Source: Malacoraja senta (taxonomy: Eukaryota). From it: DNA of 64,000 bases. Made by a program: the position numbers and the translations under genes. The notes below the pieces were generated by a model that was not told the DNA's origin, made no database searches, and saw only the letters and a program-made list of their open reading frames with translations. Below are positions 37,989-51,202 of this stretch, in pieces. How positions within the stretch are numbered: position 1 is the stretch's first letter; every line of letters starts with the position of its first letter. Location of the stretch: positions 23,376,001 to 23,440,000 of the forward strand of contig CM075987.1 in NCBI GenBank assembly GCA_038087875.1, in the 5' to 3' direction.

Positions 37989-39519
37989 GCTTAGCTCAAT
38001 ATGAGCCAATCTAACAAGGAGCATGTATTTGGGAGAGCTGCCAGCAAAGAGCTGCAAGAATAATTCGCAAGAAAAACAGAATCAATTAGCAATGGAAAGA
38101 AAAGATTGTGTTTCCGTGGTGCATGAGTCAGCGGGAGGAGAGTGGGAATGTTGGAGGTGGAGACAGATGTCACGTTGATGTGGTTGGGACTGCGTTGAGG
38201 GAGGAGTGATCTAGACCACATTTCTGTCATGTCAGCCTTCCTCCAGGATCACAAGGCAGTGCAGAGAGTGCAGCTCCCCACTGGGTTCTCTCCGTGGGTC
38301 CCGGAGGGTGACGTTCTTGACCTGGCTCATGATTTGGGAGCAAGGAGTTGGCCGAGGCTGCCTCCAAGGATTTGGGTGAAAGTGTCAAGGAGATTCCTGA
38401 TATATTTCTCAGCTCCAATCCAAGAGTCCTGGGTTCACCTTTTACCTATTCACTCATGAAATACGGGCAAGCCCATAAAAGTGTTAATCAGGAGTCTCTG
38501 GTGGAGAACTTGAACTCTTGGCCTTTTGGTTCAGCGTGGGATCCCACCATAGTGGACATCTTTTGGTCTCCTTTGGCTGTGGTGGGCACCAAGCGCCATG
38601 GGGCTTATAACTTGCTGAGATGTTCCCAAGGTATAAGCCCCATGATAAGATCCATGTTAACTACATCTTGATGCCAAAGAACAGCAGAGCAGAATTCCCA
38701 AATCTTCGGATATTTCTTTAGCTTTGGCATTGGGTCTGCAGATGGAGATGACGATATATTCTGAAATATGAATCTGATTTTTTTTAAATCGCAAGAAATT
38801 GCTGGATATGGAAATACCATCAGTGAGACCGTAATGGATTAGGCAGATATTCTGAGGTTATTTTCTTTATTACATGTTCCCTGTTTTCCCATTTCAGCCC
38901 CTTCCATGGGCCAACATGAGGGAAGTTCTTGCTTTCTGCCAAAGTTGAGGTAGTTGTGGAGCGGAAAATCTTGGAAACTGTTGCTGAATTAATCTGGGGT
39001 CTGGCAACTGTGTGATTGAGAGAAAATAAAAACTGCAAACTAGGTTGTTGTCTGGAGCCGGGCCCTGTGGACAAAACTTTTCTTGGAGTGTGCAGAGATT
39101 AATCATTGTTCCATTGCACATGTTCTGGGCAGAAGTGGAAGTCGGCCCAACTCTGGCTCTGCCAGGGGATTGAGGGCTGGTTTGTGCAGCCCTGTCAGGA
39201 AGGAGCGACAGGGGGAGGGCGTGAGAGAGCGAGAAAGAGATAATGACGGCAATAGAAGGGAAGGAACGCGGAAGGCAGATGGCACGCCTGCCTTCAAAGC
39301 TCAGTGCATAAATATAAAAGTTGGGACGTTACGTTACGTTGCAGCGTTACAAAACACCGGTTAGACTGCACTTGGAGTATTGTGTGCAGTCCTGGTCCCA
39401 ACTCTAAAGGAAGGATATGTTTGTGCTGGAAAGAGTGCAGAGGATATTCACCTGGGGGATTTGAGGACTTTTGTTAAGGGGAGAGTTCAGATAGGCTGGA
39501 CTTGTTTCCTCTTGCATTA

Positions 39520-39948
39520 AGAAACATAGACATAGAAACATAGAAAATAGGTGCAGGAGTAGGCCATTCGGCCCTTCGAGCCTGCACCGCCATTCAATAT
39601 GATCATGGCTGATCATCCAACTCTGTATCCTGTACCTGCTTTCTCTCCATACCCCCTGATCCCTTTAGCCACACGGGCCACATCTAACTCCCTCTTAAAT
39701 ATAGCCAATGAACTGGCCTCAACTACCTTCTGTGGCAGAGATTCCCACAGATTCACCACTCTCTGTGTGAAAAATGATTTTCTCATCTCGGTCCTAAAAG
39801 ACTTCCCCCTTATCCTTAAACTGTGACCCCTTGTTCTGGACTTCCCCAACATCGGGAACAATCTTCCTGCATCTAGCCTGTCCAACCCCTTAAGAATCTT
39901 GTAAGTTTCTATAAGATCCCCCCCCTCAATCTTCTAAATTCTAGCGAG
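39520..39948 (-). mobile_element. HER1/CR1 LINE 3' end
   Basis: Same consensus as 22417-22877. Confidence 0.92.
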
Positions 39949-40943
39949 ACGGGAGAGGTGTGATCCAACATAGGTATATAAAATGTATAAGAGGAATAGA
40001 TATTGTAGATAATCAAAATCTTTTCCCCCTGATAAGGGTATCAGAAATTAGAGGGCATAGGTTTGAGGTGAGAGGAAGGAGTGGTTTAAAGGGGATTGGT
40101 GGGTGGTGTTTCTCTTTCACACGGTGAGTGGTTGATATTTGGAACGAGCTGCCGGAGGAGCTGATGGAACCAGATGCAACGTTACGAGTCATGGACACTG
40201 GCTCTAATCAAAGCATTCGGAGCGAGCGAGGGGGAAATGGGATTTGTGTAGATGGGCAACAAGGTTGGCATGGATGTGTTGGGCCGAAGGGCCTGTTCCT
40301 GTGCTGTACAACACTCGGCCTATATGGAAGGGGACAAAACCAGGACCATTAGGAAATGGGCACAGACCTCCTGCGTCCCCATGTGCGGCTTATTATATAG
40401 CCTGTACATTATATTTATTAGTCACTCGTGGAGTGGAGAGGAGAGGGTGGGCTGCGATCCCAGATTCACACATGGGACAGGTTCAGTTTGATGTAATCAC
40501 CTCATTTCAAATTCTTATACCATCTGGTTTGAGCTTTGGCGGTGGGCGATCTCCAAGGACCCTTTCCTTGGCCTGGTGTTGCTGCTTTGGGACAGCAAGC
40601 TGCCTCGTCAACCGAAGCACAACAAATGAGTCATGGAGGAATGTCATCAGTTCACTCCCAATCCCACCAGCGTGTTCAAATCCCAGAGGTTCCTTTGTCT
40701 TCCCATGTCCGCCACTGTTTACAACATCAATGGACCTCGTCCCATAAACTGGCATCGTATGCGATCAGGACGATTCAGACCCTTCATCGTCTAGAATTCA
40801 AATGGATCAAACTCCTTCCTATTCATTCCTATTGATCGCTATGGATTAAATGTCTTCTCATTCGTTCCCATTGCAGCATTGTTTTTGTGGATCAAAGTAC
40901 ACAGTAAACCCCACAAAATCAAATCTGAATACATTTATTTGGT

Positions 40944-41650
40944 TGGCACAGTGGTGCAGCGGTAGAGTTGCTGCCTTACAGCGCCAGAGTCCTGAGTTCG
41001 ATCCTGACTACGGGTGCTGTCTGTACGGAGTTTGTAAGTTCTCCCCGTGACCTCGTGGGTTTTCTCCAGGTGCTCCGGTTTCCTCCCACACTAAAAAGAT
41101 GTGCAAGTGTGTAAATTAATTGGTTTCTGTAACTGTGGCGGATAGAACTAATGTATGGGTGATCGATGGTCGGCGTGGACTCGGTGAGCTGAAGCAAAGA
41201 TCCTATAGCGGAGCAAGATAGACCACTCCTTCTAAATGCAATGGGCTGACGTGTAGTACGCAACAGAGCGGAACGTGGGCCTTTTTTCATCCATTTCAGT
41301 AACCCGACCCGACCCAACTCGCAGTGTAATCAGCGTTGCGGGGGAACAGTTTGTGTTAATAAATTATAATTCAGAAAACGAGGAGAAGATTTTTCCCAAA
41401 TAACTTTTATTTTTACGAGGATGTTTCCGTAACCGGCTTCCGTCTCCGCACTAGTTATCTTTGCTCTGCTACGGGATCTTTGGTGCGGAGACGGAAGCCG
41501 GTTACGGAAATGGGGCCGAAAATTACCCATGAATCTGCCCATGACCGTACTACGTCTTTTTCGTCGAGTGGACTATCTTGCTCGCTATGGGGTCTTTGGG
41601 CTGAAGGGCCTGTTTCCACGCAGTATCTTTAAACTAAACTAAAACTAAAT
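40944..41650 (+). mobile_element. HE1-type V-SINE split by a hAT-like MITE
   Basis: SINE body to 41194, resumes at 41599 with GGCTGAAGGGCCTGTTTCC and tail. Confidence 0.87.
41195..41598. mobile_element. hAT-like MITE
   Basis: TIR CAAAGATCCTATAGCGGAGCAAGATAGACCACTC / GAGTGGACTATCTTGCTCGCTATGGGGTCTTTG; 8-bp TSD AGCTGAAG / GGCTGAAG. Confidence 0.82.
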
Positions 41651-42406
41651 CCAACTCTATTCCCATTAGATTGAAACCCAATAAACAAAACACTTCCCCC
41701 TTCACTCCTATCCTGTAACTCCCAATGGTTCAGTCTGCTTCCTGTCAATTTTGGTTCAATGTTTGTCTCTGTATCTCAGTCCTGCTTTATCTACCCCTGG
41801 AGTATTTGTAACAGAAGAGAGGGAAACATTTGATATCTAATCCATTCCATTCCTGCCCATGGACTATTTGATGGAACACTGTTAAGTGGAAGATTTAAAG
41901 CAAGGTTATTTTTATCTATAGATTCATTGTTTAAATTTTTTTTTTAACAAATGTTTTCCCTGGACAGAAAATGAAGTGTCGGTAAAAAAAAATACCTTGG
42001 ATTATTTAAATGTGACTGGAAATCAAACTGTGATACCTTCTCCTTTTTTACTTCAACAGCACATTCAATGTGTCAGAGATCACGGTGCCGACTTCTAGCA
42101 GGGTAACGCTTGATATCGGGAAATAAAATGTCATGTGGACAATGGGAGAGGCAACTATGAGAGGAGAGATAATCATACACGTGTAGGAAGGAACTGCAGA
42201 TGCTGGTTTAAATCGAAGATAGACACATAATGCCGGAGTAACTCAGCGGGTCAGGCAGCATCTCTGGAGAGAAGGAATGGGTGACGTTTCGGGTCGAGAC
42301 CCTTCTTCAGACTGGTTATTGTACACTAGTATTCTTAGTGGCTTATGAGTGTTAGATTTTGTGGGAGTGTTAGTTTTGGGTCGAGACCCTTCTTCAATGG
42401 GAGCTT

Positions 42407-42882
42407 GGTTTAGGGATACAGCGCGGAAACAGGCCCTTCGGCCCATGCCGACCAGCGATCCCCGGACTCTTACACCATCCTACGCACTGGGGACAATTTA
42501 CAACCTTTACCAAAGCCAATCAACCTACCAACCTGTGTAGGAAGGAACTGCAGAGGCTGGATTGGAGCATCTCTGGAGAAAAGGACTAGGTATGAAGGTC
42601 ATTCTGATGTACAGTAGGCTCTCAACCCGAAAATGTCCTATTCCTTTTGTCCAGAGATGCTGCCTGACCCGCTGAGTTACACCAGCATTTTGTGTCAATC
42701 TTTAACCTACAGATTTGTACGTCTTTGGAGTGTGGGAGGAAACCAGAGCACTCTGTGAAAACCCACGCAGGTCACGGGGAGAAGGTACAAACTCCGTACG
42801 GACAACACCCGTAGTCAGGATTGAACCCGGGTCTCTGGCGCTGTGAGGCAGCATCTCTACACGCTGCACCACCGTGCCGCCC
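42407..42882 (-). mobile_element. HE1-type V-SINE with nested Penelope-derived hairpin (~42535-42702)
   Basis: SINE consensus on the minus strand, interrupted. Confidence 0.82.
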
Positions 42883-43117
42883 TGGAGAGTACGATTTCTC
42901 CGTGTCTGTGGTATCTCCTTTACCTCCGCTGTCACCTTCTGCACCAAACCAAGGCAGCCCCTGATTGAAGTGAAGGGTTGCGTGAGAGAGGGCAGAATGC
43001 CCATGAGTGCTCGATCACCACCAAGAACAGAGTTACAAATGAGATTGAGTTGGGCGGAGGGAGAGGTGGATGGAGTGGCTGTGGCCATCACATATTTAGA
43101 TTATTAGAAGAAATCAG

Positions 43118-43590
43118 GGGCGGCCTGGTGGCACAGTGGTAGAGCTGCTGCCTCACAGCGCCAGAGACCAGGTTCGATCCTGACTACGGGTGTTGTCCGT
43201 ACGGAGTTTGTACCTTCTCCCCGTGACCTGCGTGGGTTTTCTCCGAAATCTTCGGTTTCCTCCCACACTCCACAGACGTACAGGTTTTGGGGTTAATTGG
43301 CTTGGTATAAATGTAAAAAATTGTCCCTAGTGTGTGTAGGGTAGACAATAAGTGCAGGAGTAGGCCATTCGGCCCTTCGAGCCAGCACCGCCATTCAATG
43401 TGATCATGGCTGATCATCCCCAATCAGTACCCCTTTCTGCCTTCTCCCCATATCCCCTGACTCCACTATCTTTAAGAGCCCTATCTAGCTCTCTCTTGTA
43501 GTGTTAATGTGCTGGGATCGCTGGTCGGTGCGGACTCGGTGGGCCGAAGGGCCTGTTTCGGCGCTGTATCTCCAAACTAAACTAAACCAA
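43118..43590 (+). mobile_element. HE1-type V-SINE with nested antisense CR1 tail (~43341-43498)
   Basis: SINE consensus interrupted after GTGTGTAGG. Confidence 0.85.
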
Positions 43591-46500
43591 GACATTTGAC
43601 AAGGTTCCACATAAAAGACGGTTTATACAGAGCGGAATGCATTTTCCTGGAATTGATTATGAGATGGCAATCCAAGATTAGGAATAATGGGTATGTGGTC
43701 AGCATATTGGTATGCAGTCTGCAGTACCTCCTCGGGATATGCAGTGGAACGTCAGTGGAGAATAGGGAGCTACATGCTCATGTATGTGGGCAAGAGGCAA
43801 CTCGAGGAACAAAAGACAGATGGAGAGGGGCAGGCGGAGATGTAGGTCAGGGCCACGTTTGCCAGAGGTCTCAGATTGAATACACCATAATGCAAATAGT
43901 GGAACCTCTTGAAAGTAGCTATCGACTCCAACCCCTCTCCCCCCCCCCCCCCTCCCACCCACCCCTCCTCACACCATCCAAATGTTTAGTCTTGAATCAT
44001 TTTTTTAAAGTTTGTAAACTAATTGGGTCATGCGGGTTTTGTGTGAATCTTGTGAATAAGCAAATAGTCCCATCACTTTGAGTAATGGCTTCTTGGAAAA
44101 CCAGGCCTCATCTGAGAGCCTTCACTTGCGGACACAGTTGAACCGATGCCAACACATACCTGAGAAACCAGCCTAAGTTTTCTCACACTAAATTGGCACG
44201 TTACGGCGTATTTAATAGGGAAAGCAGCAGCAGCAGCATCTGTGGCTCATTCACCCTCTCGTACAGAATCATCTATGTACTCACTCAGACACACACACAC
44301 ACACAGTGATACAGCGTGGAAACAGGCCCTTCAGCCCAACTTGCCCATGCCGCCCAACATGCCCCATCTACACTTAGCTCCACCTGCCTGCGTTTGGCCC
44401 ATATCCCTCTAAACCTATCCTATCCATGTTGCGATAGTACCTACCTCGTAAATCTTTAAGAAAGAACTGCAGATGCTGGAAAAATCGAAGGTAGACAAAA
44501 ATGCTGGAGAAACTCAGCGGGCGAGGCAGCATCAATAGATGCTGCCTCACCCGCTGAGTTTCTCCAGCATTTTTGTCTGCCTTGCAAACCTTCTCTGCAC
44601 CTTTTCCAGCTTGACAACATCCTTCCTATAACATGGTGACCAATACTGAACACATTACTAATGCATGCACAGACATTGAACCACAAGAATGGCAAATATT
44701 CTTTGCCAAGGTCCAGTTTGGGGTGGATGGGAGGCGAAGGGCACCTATCCTCAAAAATGGCACCGTCCGTTTACTCGCAAGGATGTTAGCCATTTTATAA
44801 TAACGTTATTTACTCTGCAAAACGAAAGGCCGTAAAGTGCTGCAGTGGCTCTGCGGGTCAGGCAGCATCTCTAGAGAACATGGATAGGTGCCTATTTGGG
44901 GTGGGAGCCATCTTCAGATTGATTGTAGGGGTGGTGGGGGTGAAGAAAGCTGGAAGAGTGGAGGGGTAGGACATAGTGTGGCAGATAAGAGGTGAACTCG
45001 GGCAAGGGGCAGTGTTGGGGCAGATGGTTGGCATCTGTGCTCTTTAATTTTGTTTAAAGCTGTGCCTTGTATCTGACAACTTTGACCTGCCTGGGAGTGT
45101 TTGATAGGTTTCAGTCAAGTCGTCAAGTGTATCCATCACATACGCTTACGAGACGTGCAGTCAAATGAAAAAGTGGCGATGCTGGCAGATTGTGCCAAAA
45201 AACTACAAACATGGCCGAATGGAACAGAATCACATATTCACATATTACATATTTGTGGGAGGAAAAAACAGAAAAAAACAGCAATTTTAAAAAGAGACAC
45301 CACACAACAGTAAATTGGTTCAGTAAAGTTAGTCCCTGGTGAGATAGGAGTTTGCAGTCCTAATGGCCTCTGGGAAGAAACTCCTTCTCATCCTCTCCGT
45401 TTTCACAGGTTTGTCATTGTACCAAGGTACAGTGTAAAGATTAGTTTTGTATGCCATCCGATCAAACAGATAATACTGTAAATAGACACAATCAAGCCAA
45501 ACTCCGTGCAACTGGTATAGCGATGGAAATAATAGAGAGCCGGACATAGTTCTGGCCATTATAATGCAATACTCCAGAGACAAAGTCCAATGTCACCAAT
45601 GCAGTAGTGGGGTGATGGGACAGGCTAGAGAGAAGTTCATTCTGTATGTGTCAGTGGTGTGTCTGTTCTGAGACAGTGTGACAGAACGTGACTTCATGTT
45701 TAATCTACGCTATACCTGCACATACTGCAGAGGAGATTTTACCTTATGTTGCACCCTGAATTTTGATTTTACCTGAATGTTTGGCGGGGCGGAGTTGTTG
45801 GGGCTTTGTGACCCTGTACACAAATCACAGCGAGACATTGTGAAACAAAGACCTAGGTTTAAGGTGAAGGGGAAAAGATTTCATAGGAATCCGAGGGTAA
45901 CTTTTTCACACGAAGGGTGGAGGGTGTATGGAACGAGCTGCCAGAGGAGGTAGTTGAGGCTGGGACTATCCCACCATTTGAGAAACAGTTAGACAGGTAG
46001 CTGGATAGGACAGGTTTGAAGGGATATGGACCAAACGCAGGCAGGTGGGGACTAGTGTAGCTGGGACATGTTGGTTGGTGTGGGCAAGTTGGGCCGAAAG
46101 GCCTGTTTCCACACTGTATCACTCTATGGTACATTGATTTCTTTCCAAAAGGACTTGAGTACAAGATGTGATTTCTTTAATTCTACAGAGCTCTTGTGAT
46201 AATACATCTGGAATATTGTGTACAGATTCTGGCCTCCCTACATAAATAAGGATATACGTGAGAGAGGGGAAAGCAGCAAAAGTTTACCAGATTGATTCCA
46301 GGAATGCTACAAGCTTGTCATAACAGGAGATTAAGCAGAATGGGGCTACGCTCCCATTTGTTTAGAAGAAGAGTGGACCTTGTTGAAACGTACACAATTC
46401 TGAAAGGGCTTAAAGGTAGAAGCTAAGTTGATCTTTCCTGACTGGAGTGTGGAGAACCAGGGGTCATAGTCTCCACATCACAATTGGGATGAAAAGAAGT

Positions 46501-46856
46501 ATATTTACATGAAGGATAGTCAATCTTTGGAACACTCTACCTAAGAGAGCTGTGGAGACTCAGTTGCTGATTATATTCAAGGCAGAGCTGATAGATGGAT
46601 TGATATTAAGAAGATCAAGGAATAGAGTCATACAGCATGGAAACAGGCCCTTTGGCCCAACTTGCCCATGCCGACCAACATGTGCCAGCTACACTAGTCC
46701 TACCTAGCTCCATTTGGCCCACACCTTTCTAAACCTATTCTATCCATGTATCTGTCCAAATGCCTCTTAAACATTATGATAGTACCTGCCTCAGCTACAT
46801 TCTCCGGCAGCTTGTTCCATACACCCAATACCCTTCGTAAGCCTGACTGGACCGAA

Positions 46857-47045
46857 GGAGCCTCGGTGGTGGCGATGGGAGCCTCGGTGGTGGCGATGGG
46901 AGCCTCAGTGGTGGCAATGGGAGCCTCAGTGGTGGCAATGGGAGCCTCAGTGGTGGCGATGGGAGCCTCAGTGGTGGCAATGGGAGCCTCAGTGGTGGCA
47001 ATGGGAGCCTCAGTGGTGGCAATGGGAGCCTCAGTGGTGGCGATG
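46857..47045. repeat. 21-bp minisatellite GGAGCCTCRGTGGTGGCRATG x9, degenerating to ~47170
   Basis: Direct reading of tandem units. Confidence 0.95.
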
Positions 47046-47869
47046 GGTGCCTCGTGGCGGCAGTGGGAGACTCGGCGGTGGCAGAGAGTGCCTCGGCAGC
47101 AGTGGGGCCTCGGCAGCAACAGGAGCCTCAGTGGCAACGTGGGCCTTGACAGCAACGTTGGGCCTTGGTGGCGGTGGGAGTGTGAAGGGGGAGGGGAAGA
47201 CAATGGAGGGCCTGGCATGGGAGGGGACTGCTGTGAAGAACAATGGGGACCCGGCATGTGGGACCGTCGTGAGGGAGGGTGGGAGAACAAAGGGGGACCT
47301 GGTGTGGGGGAGGGGGTGAGGGGGGCACTCTAGGTTTGAATCCTCTGCCCAGGGGGATAAGTCTGTGTTCGTTTGTTTGTTTGTTTGTTCGTTTGTTCCA
47401 GTGAAGCCGCTGTGCACACAGCAGCCAGACAACAGTCGCTTGTCTTTTAATTTTTGTTTTCGCTTTTAATTTCAAGTTTTCCTGTACCTTGTGTGTTGTG
47501 GCTGTTGGCAGACCAATTTCTCTCCCGGGGATGAATAAAGTTTCCTGTGCTCCAAGGAATAAAGTTGTGGAATAGAGGACTCGCAGTGCTGGGATAACAC
47601 AGCGGGTCAGGCAGCATCTCTGGAGGACGCCGATGGGTGATGTTTCAGGTCGGCACAGCCGAAGAAGTCCGCAGTGGATTAGTGCAGGAAAATGTGACTG
47701 AGCTAAGAGATCAGCTACGATCTTATTGAAAGGCAGAGCAGGCTTTTGTGGCTGAATAGCCAGCTGCAATTAATTTTTTTCTCTCATTTTCTTGTCCCCT
47801 TGTGTTCCGTTCCTAACCTATAGAATACGTCCTGTGGGCATTTGATGGGATGGTATGGAAGGAGCCTTA

Positions 47870-48092
47870 AGGGCCTGTCCCACTTTCACGACCTAATTCA
47901 CAACCTTCTTTACTCGTGGACATTTTTTATCAGGCTAGAAAAACGCCCCCACCTACTTGATGCCACAAGTACCTACGACATCACGACCTACTTACGACCT
48001 CCTACGACCTCGTGATGACCATGCTGCGAGTACGAGTCAAGGGCAAACTCGGCAGAGGTCGTGAATTTGGTCGTGAAAGTGGGACTGGCCCT
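47870..48092. mobile_element. PIF/Harbinger-like MITE, subfamily C
   Basis: TIR AGGGCCTGTCCCACTTTCACGACC / GGTCGTGAAAGTGGGACTGGCCCT; TTA TSD at 47867-47869 and 48093-48095. Confidence 0.85.
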
Positions 48093-48286
48093 TTAAGCTG
48101 TGTGTAACCCGGGCTTTCCCTGGGAGTGTTTGATAGGGTGATGTAGATGTCGTGCCCAACCTATGCTGTTGCTGCACTCGTGGTTTGTGCTGGGATAATG
48201 AGAAGGGAGCATTGCTCTGTGTCTCTGCTCTTGAAACGTGTGATGGGGCAATGTAGAGAAAGCTCTACAATGTAGAAAATTTAGGC

Positions 48287-48558
48287 TGGCCCAGTGGCCC
48301 AGTGGCCCAGCGGCAGAGGCCCAGGTTTGATCCTGACTACGGGCGCTGTCTGTACGGAGTTTGTGCGTTCTCCCTGTGACCGCGTGGGTTTTCTCTGGGT
48401 GCTCCTGTTTCCTGCACCCTCCAAAGACGTTCTGGTTTGTAGGTTAATTGGCTTGGGTAAAATTGTAAATTAGCCCTGGTGGGACTAGTGTTAGTGTATG
48501 GGGTGATTGCTGGTCGGCACAAACTCGGTGGGCCAAAGGGCCTGTTTCCGTGCTGTAT
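48287..48558 (+). mobile_element. HE1-type V-SINE
   Basis: SINE consensus. Confidence 0.83.
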
Positions 48559-48565
48559 AGTTTTC

Positions 48566-48850
48566 TTTAGAGATACTGTGTGGAAGCAGGTCCTTCGGCC
48601 CACCGAGTCCACACCGGCCAGCGCTCCCCCACATTAACGCTATCCTACACATACCAGGGACAATTTACACTTATACCAAGCCAATTTACCTGCAAACCTG
48701 CACGCCTTTGGAGTGTGGGAAGAAACCAAAGATCTGGGAGAAAACCCACGCGGTCACAGGGAGAACGTACAAACTCCGTACAGACAAGCACGCACCCGTA
48801 GTCGGGATCGAACCTGGGTCTCCGGCGTAAGGCAGCAACTCTACCGCTGT
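48566..48850 (-). mobile_element. HE1-type V-SINE, tail-to-tail with the previous copy
   Basis: Reverse SINE consensus. Confidence 0.87.
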
Positions 48851-49404
48851 TAAAGTCTAAAGAGTTTTACCCTGTATTCTGGAGGTGCTGAGATCTTATA
48901 GAAAGGAAAATATTCTCTTCCTGGCTCCTTCCTCGAACATGAAATTCAGATTAGATTTTATTTCATCAGATGGAATTCTCAGTCTAACAGTCTAACGTCA
49001 GTCGGGGGGTACCTTAAGGGACTATCAAACTTGTTATTCTGTTTGGTTACAGAGGATTGTCATTTTCTTGGATGTGTTGCACCAGTGGCGTATTGTTGCA
49101 GTAACGTCTAGATGGGGGGTAGAGGTGGAGGGGAGAATTGTAAGGGGTAGGGTAGGGGAGTAGAGTGAGCCATGTCTGGCGTGATGGGTGGGACCTAATA
49201 ATGAAAGCACAATAAATACCGGGAATGATCAGGGCACGGGTTACAGTCTGAGGTCCTGTGCCAGCATTGTTCACGGGATTGTCCCGTCACAGAAATGGCG
49301 AGGGAATGCCACACTGGCACCCAATCCAGCTCAACAAACACCAGAATCTTTTTCAGAGGAAACTCGATATTATTCCACCATTAAAAAGTAATGTCCCACA
49401 GCAC

Positions 49405-49670
49405 CAGATACCCGGGTTCGATTCTGACTACGGGCACTGTCTGTATGGATGTTTGTACGTTCTCACCGTGACCGGGTGGGTTTTCTCCGGGAGTTCCGGA
49501 TTCTTCCCACATTCCAAAGACGTGCAGGTTTGTAGGTTAATTGGCTTCCGTAAAAACAAATTGTTCCTGGTGTGTTGGGTAGAATCGGAGTATGAGTGAT
49601 TGCTGGTCGGCGCGGGCTCAGTGGGCCGAAGGGCCTGTTTCCACGCTGTGTCTCTAAATCTAAACTAAAA
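49405..49670 (+). mobile_element. HE1-type V-SINE
   Basis: B-box, V-domain and tail. Confidence 0.85.
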
Positions 49671-51202
49671 GTCGAGGGTTTCAAGACTAATTGTATGTGT
49701 TTCAAAGAGCTGGCTCGGGGACTGTGGGCTGAATGGCCTCCGTTCTATGCAGTAAGTTTCACTGAACCATATTGTGAACAGCGGCAGAGAGACCAGGGAA
49801 AACAATGGCGAGATGTTACTCAGCCCACCGATCCACAAGTCTCCCCACCTCGCTAGAAAATCACCAGAGCCTTGTCCACGTCAGCAGAGGATCCAGGGGA
49901 AGGGGAGCAGCGGGAGTTGGCGCTGGGCCTTGAGAGATGCACGGACTGAGCGATGAGCAGCTACACTGAACTAAACATGTCGACAGCAGCCACCAGCTGA
50001 TAATGAACAACAGGCAACATTCCAGAACGTTCATGAAATAATTAATAAACGAAAATGTCTCTCAGCTTGGGTAATGAACAAGAGGCCTGGAGGCTTGTGG
50101 ACAGGAAGTGACTAATCTTTTGCTGGGGTTGCTGCATTTTATGGGCGGTTGCCATGGTGACCGGCCTAGTAGCCTCTGAGAGACCTGAAATACAAGCTCA
50201 AGGGGAATCAGAAACCTGCCTTCAATTTGCTGCTGATATACAACGAGGTGAAAGTTGGACTGTTGGGAACTAGCTATTCACAGCCAGAGGATGCAGAGGT
50301 ATGAGGCCCTTAAGTGAGGGAGACCTGCCAAGCATTTTAACTCCGAATCATGCTCACAAACTCTTTGAAATTCTTCCTGACCACCTCAGCAGAATTCATT
50401 ATCAACTGATGCCACAATTATGAATCTTGTCACAAGTTTTAAACACTTTCAGCCATCGCTTGAGAAATGACAGTACTTAAGAGCATAAGACCATATGGCA
50501 TAGGAGCAGAATTAGGCCATTCGGCCCATCGAGTCTGCACCCCCATTTGATCATGGCTGATCTATTTTTCCATCCAAACCCCATTCTCCTGCCTTGTCGC
50601 TGTAATCTTTGACCCCCCCCTAACCCGGTAAACCATCCCCTTCCCTCCATATTGAACCTGTGAGTACTGGGAAGTAATCTCAAGGTTCTCAGGTGTGTCT
50701 GTCCCTAAGGCCTACTACCCCAGGTGAATGGAGCAGTGAAAATCAAAGTGGACATGTCCAGCTGCCATTTGCAAGAGACCAGGCATGAATCAGAAGCAGA
50801 GAGCATTAGATCGGTCAGCACTGCCTGATAGGGGCCTGTTCTGGGAGATATCTGCTGAGTTCTCTGTCAGGGATGGGCATGTTCCCAGCTCATGACTGAG
50901 ACTAAACAGGAGCTCCCGGTGGAATGCAAGGAGGACACACTTTCCTACAAACACAAAGATCTGTCCAAATCCATCTGCTGCACTCTGGCTGTGTATAGCT
51001 GCAAACCTGCCCCTCTCTCTCTCAGGCAGGTACAGTCTCTCAGAAACTCTTCTATCTGATGTTAACCCCATTATCTGGTGTTGAATGTACAGCAGCCCTC
51101 TCACCCTCCAGCACATCACTCCCTACTATGCCTGTTGCATGTATCTTGCCTTATGTCTTGTTCTAAGCACATTGCAGTTTGACAACAGAGGTCAATGTCG
51201 TG

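Noticed and set aside
46700..47333. Mucin-like (EAPIATT)n ORF
   Set aside because: 21-bp tandem repeat within a repeat element, running into CR1 sequence; no exon evidence.
50185..50300. Frame KLKGNQKPAFNLLLIYNEVKVG resembling collagen exon 3 (KKGSQAFLVSIYNEQG)
   Set aside because: Similarity limited to a few residues; no FPEDFS or GRSP motifs and no suitable splice sites.
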